From: a virus
Taxonomy: Duplodnaviria > Caudoviricetes
DNA length: 64,000 nt
Reading direction: 5' to 3' (one strand)
IMG/VR virus record: IMGVR_UViG_3300011008_002712
The position numbers were made by a program, and so were the translations under genes. The notes beneath the pieces were generated by a model. It was not told the origin of the DNA and did not search any database. It saw only the letters and a list, made by a program, of their open reading frames with translations. Below, piece by piece: positions 1-8,295 of the stretch (its first letter is position 1; the number at the start of each line of letters is the position of its first letter).

Positions 1-581
1 GTAAAAGCATAACCTAACTGAAGTGCATCATTTTTCGTTCCAAGCATATCTGTGAATGAAAGTTCTCCAGTGAGACTGTTTGCAATAACAATTGCTACGC
101 TAACCTTTGGATCTTTAACAACTGGAGCGACTTCTGCTGCGAAAATGTGATTTGTTCCCTTAGTAACTTGCGAACCAAGATAAGCAAATGGCTTAAGATC
201 CGTTCCAACAAAACCATGAAGGACATCTGTCAGTGCCTTAGATGCTTCTTCTGGGATATCAGTAGTAACATCTACTTTAATGCCACCAAGTTCTCCACCA
301 GATTCAACAACGCGTTCAATATTTACAAGAGTAGCTTCCATATCGTTTGGCTTCTCGTTGAAAATAAGAACTACAACATTCTTAGTATCTTTTCCAGAAA
401 GAACAGTCTGTTCTGCAAGCACAGCATGGTTTATTCCATTTACAGATTGCTTTCCAAGATAAGCAATTGCCTTATATTCTACACCAATTAGCTTATCACT
501 CAAACCACTAAGAGCAGAAGCTACCTTCTGTGGATAACCACTTGTAGATACGTTTACTTCCCATGAACCAAAATTGCTCAT
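1..581 (-). CDS. Hypothetical protein, truncated by window edge (MSNFGSWEVNVSTSGYPQKVASALSGL...; internal repeat of the YLGxQxxxGxNH motif)
   Basis: Translated by hand. ATG at 581 follows a GGGAGGA RBS and the frame stays open to position 1; not in the ORF track because no stop lies in the window. Confidence 0.8.
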   Translation of the reverse strand, partial: MSNFGSWEVNVSTSGYPQKVASALSGLSDKLIGVEYKAIAYLGKQSVNGINHAVLAEQTVLSGKDTKNVVVLIFNEKPNDMEATLVNIERVVESGGELGGIKVDVTTDIPEEASKALTDVLHGFVGTDLKPFAYLGSQVTKGTNHIFAAEVAPVVKDPKVSVAIVIANSLTGELSFTDMLGTKNDALQLGYAF

Positions 582-719
582 AAAAATATATTCCTCCCTA
601 ATAAATTGACTTTAAATCTTGTTACACAATTAATTTAGAAGTTGTAACATTTGATTTATTATTATCAACTTTTATGTTTTATAAACTTTTTTATAATGAA
701 ATACTTGATTATTTAAAAA

Positions 720-807
720 TGGAGGAAGCGGAGAGATTCGAACTCTCGGTGGTGTTACCCACTCTTGTTTTCAGGACAAGTACCATAAACCACTCGGTCA
801 CGCTTCC
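720..807 (-). tRNA. tRNA-Ser(TGA), long variable arm, atypical C33
   Basis: Cloverleaf GGAAGCG...CGCTTCC-T-CCA; anticodon arm CTTGT-CCTGAAA-ACAAG; T-loop GTTCGAATC. Confidence 0.9.
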
Positions 808-899
808 ATCATATATCACCATAATAATATTTTTCCAATTGAACAGTTTGAGTACCGCTCCATTAATTTTTATTCTAGTATAAAAAATGAAAATGTAAC

Positions 900-1589
900 T
901 TAGATTATATGGAAAAAAATGAAGAAAAACAACAAAAAGATAATTAATATTTCGACAAATAAAAAAATAAGTTTTTTCCTTGCATCACTATCTTCATATT
1001 CTTTTATCTTATCATTTATAACTCTTTCTAATGGCACAGCTAATAATTTAGCATATTGGCGATTTCCATCATCTGATAAATGCATCTTGTCTTGTTTGTA
1101 AAAAGAATGATTTTTTTCATATTCAAATTTTTCGATGTCAAATGCACTAACATATTCTATGTCATTGTTTTTGCAATAATCTTTGAGCTTGTTTAAATAG
1201 ATTGAAAGAAAATGATTAAATCTAACATCTTCAAATCTCATTTTTCCATATCCACACATTAAAACATTTATACCAGATTTATTGCATTTCTTTATTATTT
1301 TTACAGCGCGTTCAAATGCTTTATTAGCACCATACTCAATGTCAATTTCCAAAAAGAAATCATTTATGCCAACACTAATAATTACTATGTCAGGATGAAA
1401 AGAAAAAACATCTTTTTCCAATTTTTCTAATACATCTATTGTACTATCTTTATTTTCACCCAGATTGCAATAAATGTGTTCTGGGAACATATTGATAAGT
1501 TGATCTAGCCAATGGTTCTCATTTTTAGTAGGAGTTATCCAAAAATCTCCAATTGTAATAATCGTAAGTGCATCTTTCAATTTTTTCAC
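900..1589 (-). CDS. SGNH/GDSL-like hydrolase with C-terminal transmembrane anchor
   Basis: IGDxxIT, GIND and DxxHLSxxG blocks; hydrophobic C-terminus; the GDS serine appears replaced (GDF). Confidence 0.75.
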   Translation of the reverse strand: MKKLKDALTIITIGDFWITPTKNENHWLDQLINMFPEHIYCNLGENKDSTIDVLEKLEKDVFSFHPDIVIISVGINDFFLEIDIEYGANKAFERAVKIIKKCNKSGINVLMCGYGKMRFEDVRFNHFLSIYLNKLKDYCKNNDIEYVSAFDIEKFEYEKNHSFYKQDKMHLSDDGNRQYAKLLAVPLERVINDKIKEYEDSDARKKLIFLFVEILIIFLLFFFIFFHII

Positions 1590-1683
1590 CTCTTATTTTA
1601 CAAAAACAAGATACAAGAAAAACGAAAAATTTATTTACAAACAAAAAAAAGATGCTTCAATAATGAAGCACCTTTTGTATCTA

Positions 1684-2928
1684 TTAAAATAGGAATTCAA
1701 TTCTTCCAAATAATGTTTTAGCATTATTTCGGTTAAGTGCACTATCATTCTTTCCCTTGAAGTACTTGATAGAAGTAATCACATTTTTGAAAGGTACATA
1801 TTTTGCGCCAACTTCAAAACCTTTTTGTCCTGCACGCATTGCGTCGAAGTGACTACCAAATACAGTATTTTCGCCAAGGTTACGATATGCAGCATATACG
1901 CCGTAAGAATTCTTACGTTCTGGATTTATTCCCTTATAATCAAGTTGTAGCTGCCATGCATTATTACGATAATCTGCAGATGTGTTCTTGGAATAAACGG
2001 CGGAAAATGCTACATTTTTATCAAATGCATATTTTGCATTTACACCCCAAACACGTGCATGATTCTTATTTGCATTCTTTGTATAAGCAAAAGATTCTAA
2101 GTTCTTGCTCTTTAATGCTTGGAATTCTGCACCGCCAACAAATTTGCCAGTATTATGTTTATATTGGATGAACTGATAATTCGCTGTATCGCCATTACCG
2201 TTGAAATATAGGTTATCGGCATATTTGCCGGAATAACGACCTGCACCTAGTTCAACACTATTTTTGCCGAGTACGCCAACTTTCACACCTGAGAATGAAT
2301 CTTCATCGTTATTAAAGATGATGGAGTTATTAACAGGCATCTTGCCGAGACTTGCATTTACCTTGCCAAAATTACCGTTTACATAAACATGCTGCAGGAT
2401 AACCTTGTTTTCATGTTCTTTATCATAATCTTCTTTCATATTGTGATAAGCATCTAAACGAACATGAGCAGTAAAATTATCATTAATTTCAATGCTTGGT
2501 TCTAAGCGAAGTAGAAGTTGGTTATCGTTCAGCTTGATTCCGTTAAAACGCTCAGAACGATATGTATAACGAACTTTACCATTCCACTTTACCATATCAG
2601 CATGTTTCTCAAGATTAGAAACGCGAACACCAAGATTATTAAGCTCTTCGCTAAATTCAGCAGAAAGCTTGTCGATGATAACTTGATGCTTAGCATCTGC
2701 GTTTGCAATAGCACGAGCAGTAGCTTGAGCCATTTCATAACGAGTCATAAGACGATCGCCGCGATATGTGCTATCCCCATAACCTTCAATAATACCGTCA
2801 TCAGCAAGCTGTTGAACCGCATCATAAGACCAATGATCTCTTGGGACATCTGAAAAAGGATTCGCAGCAGCGAAAGCCACACTTGATGTTGCAATTAACA
2901 TCATGATTGCAATTAATATTTTCTTCAT
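1684..2928 (-). CDS. SLH-domain outer-membrane porin, OmpM/Mep45-like (Negativicutes)
   Basis: Signal peptide; ANPFSDVPRDHWSYDAVQQLADDGIIEGYGD SLH domain; coiled coil LSAEFSEELNNLGVRV; beta-barrel ending in Phe (RIEFLF). Confidence 0.9.
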   Translation of the reverse strand: MKKILIAIMMLIATSSVAFAAANPFSDVPRDHWSYDAVQQLADDGIIEGYGDSTYRGDRLMTRYEMAQATARAIANADAKHQVIIDKLSAEFSEELNNLGVRVSNLEKHADMVKWNGKVRYTYRSERFNGIKLNDNQLLLRLEPSIEINDNFTAHVRLDAYHNMKEDYDKEHENKVILQHVYVNGNFGKVNASLGKMPVNNSIIFNNDEDSFSGVKVGVLGKNSVELGAGRYSGKYADNLYFNGNGDTANYQFIQYKHNTGKFVGGAEFQALKSKNLESFAYTKNANKNHARVWGVNAKYAFDKNVAFSAVYSKNTSADYRNNAWQLQLDYKGINPERKNSYGVYAAYRNLGENTVFGSHFDAMRAGQKGFEVGAKYVPFKNVITSIKYFKGKNDSALNRNNAKTLFGRIEFLF

Positions 2929-3142
2929 GAAAACGCACCTCTAAAAATTATATTTACGCGGTTTTCATCAAGAGTGTCCAGGTTTCCTCTTCAAAACCAC
3001 GCAGTTATAAAATATTGCGTGTTTATTCAAAAATAACAGTTTGCTTTAATTTATTTATCTATTTTTTTACATAAAAAAAGACCAAGAATAAATCTTGATC
3101 TTCTTGAAGGATATGATGATATTATGATTGTAAAAACCCTAT

Positions 3143-3217
3143 TGGTGATCCCTAAGAGAATCGAACTCTTACCTTCGCCGTGAAAGGGCGACGTCTTAAC
3201 CGTTTGACTAAGGGACC
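3143..3217 (-). tRNA. tRNA-Glu(TTC)
   Basis: Anticodon arm TCGCC-CTTTCAC-GGCGA; GTTCGATTC T-loop; encoded CCA. Confidence 0.95.
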
Positions 3218-3244
3218 ATATGATCAATTTGAACATACAATTTT

Positions 3245-3273
3245 ATTATAAACCATTTTTACATTTTTGTAAA
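3245..3273 (-). promoter_or_regulatory. Sigma70/SigA-like promoter TTTACA-N17-TATAAT upstream of tRNA-Glu
   Basis: Exact hexamers with a 17-nt spacer. Confidence 0.7.
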
Positions 3274-3313
3274 TAATTTTTTTAATAAAATAAAAATAAA
3301 AAAGGAGAAAATT

Positions 3314-4306
3314 ATGATAAAAGTATCAGAACTTACTCAAACACCAGATAACAAATATATTTGTCCTTATTGCCAAAAAATATATAGCAAGCATGGAATT
3401 GCTACTCATATTTGGAGAAATCATACAGAAGAAGGCAAAAATTTTAATCCTGATTCTAATAGAGGCTATAGAGATGGTACTAGAACAGTTTGGAATAAAG
3501 GATTAACGAAAGAAACTAATAAAAGCGTTGCTAAAATTGGTAAAACGCTTACAGAAAAATACGCTACTGGAGAAATTGTTAGTAATTGTCATAAACATAC
3601 AGAAGAAGCAAAAGAAAAAATTAGACAAGCAAGAAAGAAAACTCTGTCTAAAAAAGGGAAAATGCCTAATAAGAAAAAATCTTGTTATGAAAACCGTATT
3701 CTAAGATTGTTAAAAGAAAACAATATACAAGAAAATTATGTCAATAATTACAAGATTTCTTACAAAGAAGAAAAAACTAAAACATATTGGTATGACATAG
3801 CTTTTCCTGATTTATTACTAGACATAGAAACAGATGGCTGGGAACATGAAATTCAAAATCATGTTGAAAGCGATCAGTACAGAGATTATTTAAGTATCAA
3901 ATATGGATGGAATGTACTAAGACTCAAAAATAAAGAAATAAAAGACTGGAGCGACAATCAACTTTTATCAGTTATTTTAGATGAAATTGAGAAAGCAAAA
4001 GTTGACATAGAAGAACGAAAATTAAAGTATGAAAAAAATCCATATCTGCATAAGAAAAAATCTAAGACTATAGAACAAATAAAACAAGAGCGCATTAAAC
4101 TCGCTAAAGAACGTGTAGAAAAAATAAAAAAAGCTAATATTGATTTTTCTGCTTGGAAATGGCGTGCAAAAGTAGCTGAGATATTAAATATATCTCCACA
4201 AAAAGCCGCTAATTTTGTTAAAAAATGGATGCCAGAAATTTATGAAACATGCAAAAAACATTCAAAAAAAGGAACCCTAATGGGGTTCCTTGTTATTTTT
4301 TGGTAG
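3314..4306 (+). CDS. Putative homing endonuclease (C2H2 zinc finger, NUMOD3-like motif, DUF559/Vsr-like nuclease domain)
   Basis: CPYC...HIWRNH; KHTEEAKEKI; YDIAFPDLLLDIETDGWEH...DQYRD...GWNVLRL. Confidence 0.75.
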   Translation: MIKVSELTQTPDNKYICPYCQKIYSKHGIATHIWRNHTEEGKNFNPDSNRGYRDGTRTVWNKGLTKETNKSVAKIGKTLTEKYATGEIVSNCHKHTEEAKEKIRQARKKTLSKKGKMPNKKKSCYENRILRLLKENNIQENYVNNYKISYKEEKTKTYWYDIAFPDLLLDIETDGWEHEIQNHVESDQYRDYLSIKYGWNVLRLKNKEIKDWSDNQLLSVILDEIEKAKVDIEERKLKYEKNPYLHKKKSKTIEQIKQERIKLAKERVEKIKKANIDFSAWKWRAKVAEILNISPQKAANFVKKWMPEIYETCKKHSKKGTLMGFLVIFW

Positions 4307-4377
4307 GGGCGGTGGGAGTTGAACCCACGACTTCCGGCTTATAAGGCCGATACTCTGACCTGCTGAGTTACACCCCA
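4301..4377 (-). tRNA. tRNA-Ile(TAT)
   Basis: Anticodon arm TCGGC-CTTATAA-GCCGG; T-arm GTGGG-TTCAACT-CCCAC; A73 plus CCA. Confidence 0.9.
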
Positions 4378-4657
4378 ATTATATTTGTACTATTTCAATG
4401 TGTGTATATAAACAAAATAGTAAACCTAAACAAAATTATCAATGAAAATTTCTCTAAATGTTTATTTGAATCTACAAACTTTACAATTTATTATTTTATT
4501 TTCTTTTGTCTTTATAATTTTGTTTTTAAAGAAATGCTGAGTTTGTTTCTATTTTCATATAAGTTTTCCAGCAGCATTAAATCATTTTTATAAACAAAAA
4601 CACATGCTCTAAAAAATCATGCTCAGTTATTAAAATTGAAACATTACACAAAATAAA

Positions 4658-4688
4658 TCTGCATGTCAATAATTTCTTGACATGCAGA
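4658..4688 (-). terminator. Perfect 12-bp hairpin, probable intrinsic terminator
   Basis: TCTGCATGTCAA-7nt-TTGACATGCAGA followed by a T-rich tract on the minus strand. Confidence 0.6.
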
Positions 4689-4704
4689 TAAAACATTTAT
4701 GGTT

Positions 4705-4757
4705 TGTTGGCGAAGAGTAAAATTTGAAAGATGAAAAAGGAACTCTTTATGCCAACA
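4705..4757 (-). ncRNA. Repeated hairpin ncRNA, copy 1 (possibly Y-RNA-like)
   Basis: UGUUGGC-AUA-AAGAGU-(UCCUUUUU..loop)-ACUCUU-C-GCCAACA; covaries with copies 2 and 3. Confidence 0.65.
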
Positions 4758-4808
4758 TATATGTTAAATAAAATTAAAATGATTTTATAAACATTTTTTG
4801 TTAAATGC

Positions 4809-5927
4809 TTAAATTTTTGTGATAAAACAATTATCTAAATCTATAGTCAATGGAGTCTTTAATCTATTAAATTGTCTTATCTTATTTGTTAAATTATTAA
4901 TATCAAAAATACAACCCAAATATTGTTTGATGCATTTAATTTTATTGCTATTTATCAGTGATACTGTATATCCAAGCTGACGAAATGCATTTATATATTT
5001 ATCAACATATTGTTGTTCATATAATCCTTTAATTTCAAAAACATGTTTATCAATAACAAAATCACAAATATAAGTTTTCTCTTCATCAGATGCTCGTACA
5101 CTTTCATAAGAGAAATCAATATCCAGTAATTTCAAAAAACATGCAAAAATAAATTCATAAGTACTTCGTAACCAAATTTTTTCTCCATGATAAATAATAA
5201 AACATCCTCTGCCTCTTGGAGAACATATTGTTGGTACTTTTATCTTCCCGGTTTTATATCCTTGTTTTCTTGATATTGATTGTTTTTGATATTGTCTATC
5301 AAGTTCTTCTTGCGATTTATTATTATATGTACGTTTATAAGTTCTAACTCTTTTTTCTATAGATTCTTTTGTTTGAAGCGATTTCCAAGATCGTTTTGCA
5401 CTTTCATATCTTGGATCATTTTTTGTAATACCTTTTGACCATCCTTGATGTCCATCAAATGGTTTCCTTGGTTCGCGTTTTAAATGAGCTTTGCAATAAC
5501 TACAATGAGCTCCGTAACCACTTTGATTTTCAAATTTACGACCACATTCACATGTATACATTGGATTTAATGTAATATCATTATCTTTTAAAAATTTATT
5601 AACTGCATTATAATTAACATCAAAATGTTTTGATAATTCTTGTTTTGATGCTGTTGGATGTTCTTGCAAATATTGCAAAATAGAGTCTTTATCTAAAACA
5701 CCATTATAATGATGACGTTTTATTACTGGTTGAGAAGGTTTTTTTCTTTTAAAACATATCTTCCAAATTTCCGGATAACATGTTTCTAATGTTTTTTGTA
5801 ATGTTCGATAATCGCAATTTATTATTTCTAACGATTTACCTAACCAACCAAACTGCGTAAAATCGATACCAGCATCTATCAACTCTGGTATCCGATTAGA
5901 AATTTCTTCTTTTGTCAAATTAATCAC
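4809..5927 (-). CDS. Putative homing endonuclease (HTH, zinc finger, PD-(D/E)XK-like C-terminal nuclease)
   Basis: CECG...HCSYC; WLRSTYE...YESV...YICDF...FEIKG. Confidence 0.65.
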   Translation of the reverse strand: MINLTKEEISNRIPELIDAGIDFTQFGWLGKSLEIINCDYRTLQKTLETCYPEIWKICFKRKKPSQPVIKRHHYNGVLDKDSILQYLQEHPTASKQELSKHFDVNYNAVNKFLKDNDITLNPMYTCECGRKFENQSGYGAHCSYCKAHLKREPRKPFDGHQGWSKGITKNDPRYESAKRSWKSLQTKESIEKRVRTYKRTYNNKSQEELDRQYQKQSISRKQGYKTGKIKVPTICSPRGRGCFIIYHGEKIWLRSTYEFIFACFLKLLDIDFSYESVRASDEEKTYICDFVIDKHVFEIKGLYEQQYVDKYINAFRQLGYTVSLINSNKIKCIKQYLGCIFDINNLTNKIRQFNRLKTPLTIDLDNCFITKI

Positions 5928-5986
5928 CTGTATTATTTTAGGTGAAAATTTGTAATGCTAATTCGTTAAACTAAAAAATACAAAAA

Positions 5987-6073
5987 TGGTACCGGCTCCG
6001 GGACTTGAACCCGGACGGGATTTCTCCCAGGGGAGTTTAAGTCCCCTACGTCTTCCGATTCCGTCAAGCCGGC
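5987..6073 (-). tRNA. tRNA-Leu(TAA)
   Basis: Anticodon arm GGGGA-CTTAAAC-TCCCC; long variable arm; encoded CCA. Confidence 0.95.
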
Positions 6074-6079
6074 ACTTTT

Positions 6080-6143
6080 AGGCTTAGCGGAAAGTAATCA
6101 TTTATCCCAAAAAATGTAAAAAGGAACTTTCTATGCCAAACCT
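6080..6143 (-). ncRNA. Repeated hairpin ncRNA, copy 2
   Basis: AGGUUUGGC-AUA-GAAAGU-(UCCUUUUU..)-ACUUUC-C-GCUAAGCCU; begins about 10 nt after a -10 box. Confidence 0.65.
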
Positions 6144-6152
6144 TATAAATTT

Positions 6153-6181
6153 ATTATAATACATTATGAAGCAAAAGTAAA
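6153..6181 (-). promoter_or_regulatory. Promoter TTTACT-N17-TATAAT driving hairpin copy 2 and tRNA-Leu
   Basis: Hexamers with a 17-nt spacer. Confidence 0.65.
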
Positions 6182-6247
6182 CCGTTTTTTGTACATTTTC
6201 AAGTTATTTTGCAACTCAAATTTTTTAAAATAAATTTGGTGATATAG

Positions 6248-6979
6248 ATGGGAAGAAATTATTGGGAAGGTAAACATCATACAGAAGAAACAAAAGAAAA
6301 AATAAGAAGAAGTGCTTTAAAAAATAAAACAAAATTTACAAACAGATTTAAAGCGAAAAGTATTTCCAATTTAGAAAAAAGAATCATTGATTTGTTGAAC
6401 TTACATAAAATTACCGGATGGGAAAACGATTATGTAGTTTTTTACAGAGAAAATAAAAACTTTTTTAGAAGATATCTATATGACATAGCTTTTCCTGATT
6501 TGCTAATAGACATAGAGACAGATGGATGGGAACATAATCTAAAACATAGAAGAAAAACAGACGCAGTCAGAGATGAAATAAGCAAAAAATATGGATGGAT
6601 TGTATTACGCTTAAAATCAGAAGATATGAATTTATTAGAAGATGATCATCTTTTTTGTATGATACAAAAAATAATTGAAGAAGCAAAACATTCTATCGAT
6701 AAAAGAAAGCAATTATGGGATTCAAATCCTTATTTTGCTTGGAAACAAAACCAGAAAATAAGAAAAACAAAAGAAGAAAGAAAACAAGAATTTTCTCAGC
6801 TAGTGCAAACAAGGATTCAACAAATAACAGCTTCTAACATAGATTTCTCTAAATGGGGATGGAGTAAAGAAGTTTCAAAAATTATTGGAATAACACCACA
6901 AAAAAGTGCTTCTTTTATTAAAACATACATGCCAGAAGTTTATGAAACATGTAAAAAACAAACGAAAAAGGAGAGATAA
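6248..6979 (+). CDS. Putative homing endonuclease (NUMOD3-like plus DUF559/Vsr-like), paralog of 3314..4306
   Basis: GKHHTEETKEKI; YDIAFPDLLIDIETDGWEH; shared C-terminal IDFSxWxW...MPExYETCKK. Confidence 0.75.
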   Translation: MGRNYWEGKHHTEETKEKIRRSALKNKTKFTNRFKAKSISNLEKRIIDLLNLHKITGWENDYVVFYRENKNFFRRYLYDIAFPDLLIDIETDGWEHNLKHRRKTDAVRDEISKKYGWIVLRLKSEDMNLLEDDHLFCMIQKIIEEAKHSIDKRKQLWDSNPYFAWKQNQKIRKTKEERKQEFSQLVQTRIQQITASNIDFSKWGWSKEVSKIIGITPQKSASFIKTYMPEVYETCKKQTKKER

Positions 6980-7140
6980 CTACTCTCCTTTTTCTTCTTT
7001 ATTTTCTTCTCTTTGTTTTCTAATTGCTTCAACCTTGGCTTCAATTACAGGAATAGTATCGTTTTCGCTGTCGATTTTGTTATATTCTGGAATTTCGTTT
7101 TTATTTTCACTCATAATATAAACCTCTTCAATGAATTTTT

Positions 7141-7214
7141 TGGCACGCCCATTCCGATTCGAACGGAAATCAATGGTTTTGGAGACCATCACCTAGCCGC
7201 TCGGTCATGAGCTC
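7141..7214 (-). tRNA. tRNA-Trp(CCA), weak acceptor stem
   Basis: Anticodon arm ATGGT-CTCCAAA-ACCAT; G73 plus CCA; A2:G71 mismatch. Confidence 0.85.
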
Positions 7215-7219
7215 TATGT

Positions 7220-7295
7220 TGGCTCCTCGAACAGGACTCGAACCTGTGACATTCTGATTAACAGTCAGATGTTCTACCGACTGAACTATCGAGGA
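7220..7295 (-). tRNA. tRNA-Asn(GTT)
   Basis: Anticodon arm TCTGA-CTGTTAA-TCAGA; encoded CCA. Confidence 0.95.
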
Positions 7296-7301
7296 GTATG
7301 A

Positions 7302-7376
7302 ACACGGAGGCATGATTCGAACATGCGATCTTTAGCTTATTAGGGCTAATGAGATAGGCCTCTTCTCCACTCCGCG
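7302..7376 (-). tRNA. Atypical tRNA-like gene (fMet-like body, 8-nt anticodon loop, no encoded CCA)
   Basis: CGCGGAG/CTCCGTG acceptor; GAGA/TCTC D-stem; TTAGC-CCTAATAA-GCTAA; GCATG-TTCGAAT-CATGC. Confidence 0.7.
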
Positions 7377-7377
7377 T

Positions 7378-7447
7378 TAGGTTATCGGCGAAGAGTAAGT
7401 CTTCTTGAAAAATGAAAAAAAGGAACTCTTTATGCCGAAAAAATCTA
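7378..7447 (-). ncRNA. Repeated hairpin ncRNA, copy 3
   Basis: UCGGC-AUA-AAGAGU-(UCCUUUUUUU..)-ACUCUU-C-GCCGA; lies between tRNA-Gln and the atypical tRNA. Confidence 0.65.
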
Positions 7448-7468
7448 TTTTTATATAAAATTTCAAAT

Positions 7469-7545
7469 TGGCAGGCGAGACAGGATTTGAACCTGCGAAT
7501 GTCGGAGTCAAAGTCCGATGTGTTAGACCGCTTCACCACTCGCCA
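7469..7545 (-). tRNA. tRNA-Gln(TTG)
   Basis: Anticodon arm TCGGA-CTTTGAC-TCCGA; encoded CCA. Confidence 0.95.
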
Positions 7546-7548
7546 ATA

Positions 7549-7622
7549 TGGTGACTCCGCCGAGAGTTGAACTCGGATAGATTGATTAAAAGTCAACTAT
7601 GCTACCATTGCATCACGGAGTC
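7549..7622 (-). tRNA. tRNA-Lys(TTT)
   Basis: Anticodon arm GTTGA-CTTTTAA-TCAAT; encoded CCA. Confidence 0.92.
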
Positions 7623-7641
7623 TTTAATTGATTACATATAT

Positions 7642-7670
7642 ATATTACCATAAAACTTTGGTTTTGTAAA
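7642..7670 (-). promoter_or_regulatory. Promoter TTTACA-N17-TAATAT (TG-extended) at the head of the tRNA cluster
   Basis: Hexamers with a 17-nt spacer just upstream of tRNA-Lys. Confidence 0.65.
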
Positions 7671-7710
7671 CAGTTTTATTTAAAATTTCAATATTTTTTG
7701 CAATTCAAAT

Positions 7711-8049
7711 TTATAACCCATACCGCAAGATATCTCCATAGTAATAAAGATAATTGATTTTGTTTTTTATGTATCGTTTAGTTTTCTTATTTAATTCCAT
7801 AAATTGATCGACTAGATGCAATGCAAAAATAGCTAGATCATTTTCATCTGGATTCCCTTTGAATTCTCTATAATTGCATTCGTATAGATCATTCCTATTG
7901 ATACGATTTATGCATATATACATGCAAACATAATATTTGTTTTTCTTAAACTTTGAATGAATCTCAAAATCTATTAAAATCTTCGATAAATCAAATTTGT
8001 TTAGTTTAATTTCTATGTTTTTATGATAACTGCTCACATTCCGCACCAT
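7711..8049 (-). CDS. Hypothetical protein with C-terminal xG[LM] motif (DILRYGL*)
   Basis: ORF track; motif family member. Confidence 0.7.
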   Translation of the reverse strand: MVRNVSSYHKNIEIKLNKFDLSKILIDFEIHSKFKKNKYYVCMYICINRINRNDLYECNYREFKGNPDENDLAIFALHLVDQFMELNKKTKRYIKNKINYLYYYGDILRYGL

Positions 8050-8267
8050 TGAGTATAAAAATCAAGAAGTTTTTCTTTGTTTTCAAGAAACATTTTCTTT
8101 ATTTCTAAAGCTTCATTAGTTAGCAACTTGTCTTCTGGCTTTGTGTAATGATATATGTTCATATTATAATCATAAATTTCATCACCATTCATGATATAAT
8201 GATCATAAAAATTATTTCCAATTGAAATTTTGATAGCATCTTTTGTAATTCTCTGCAATTTAAGCAT
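8034..8267 (-). CDS. Hypothetical protein with C-terminal motif (FYTQWCGM*)
   Basis: ORF track; AAGGTGA RBS. Confidence 0.7.
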   Translation of the reverse strand: MLKLQRITKDAIKISIGNNFYDHYIMNGDEIYDYNMNIYHYTKPEDKLLTNEALEIKKMFLENKEKLLDFYTQWCGM

Positions 8268-8295
8268 GTCTCATCACCTTATCCTTGCATAACAT

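Noticed and set aside
147-491. Plus-strand ORFs 147..491 and 280..462
   Set aside because: Antisense shadows of the minus-strand gene starting at 581, which has a strong RBS
6980-7596. ORFs overlapping tRNA genes (7258..7596, 7013..7210, also 674..883 and 3051..3236)
   Set aside because: Explained by the tRNA genes; only a short MSENKNE... ORF (about 6980-7114, GAGG RBS) may be real
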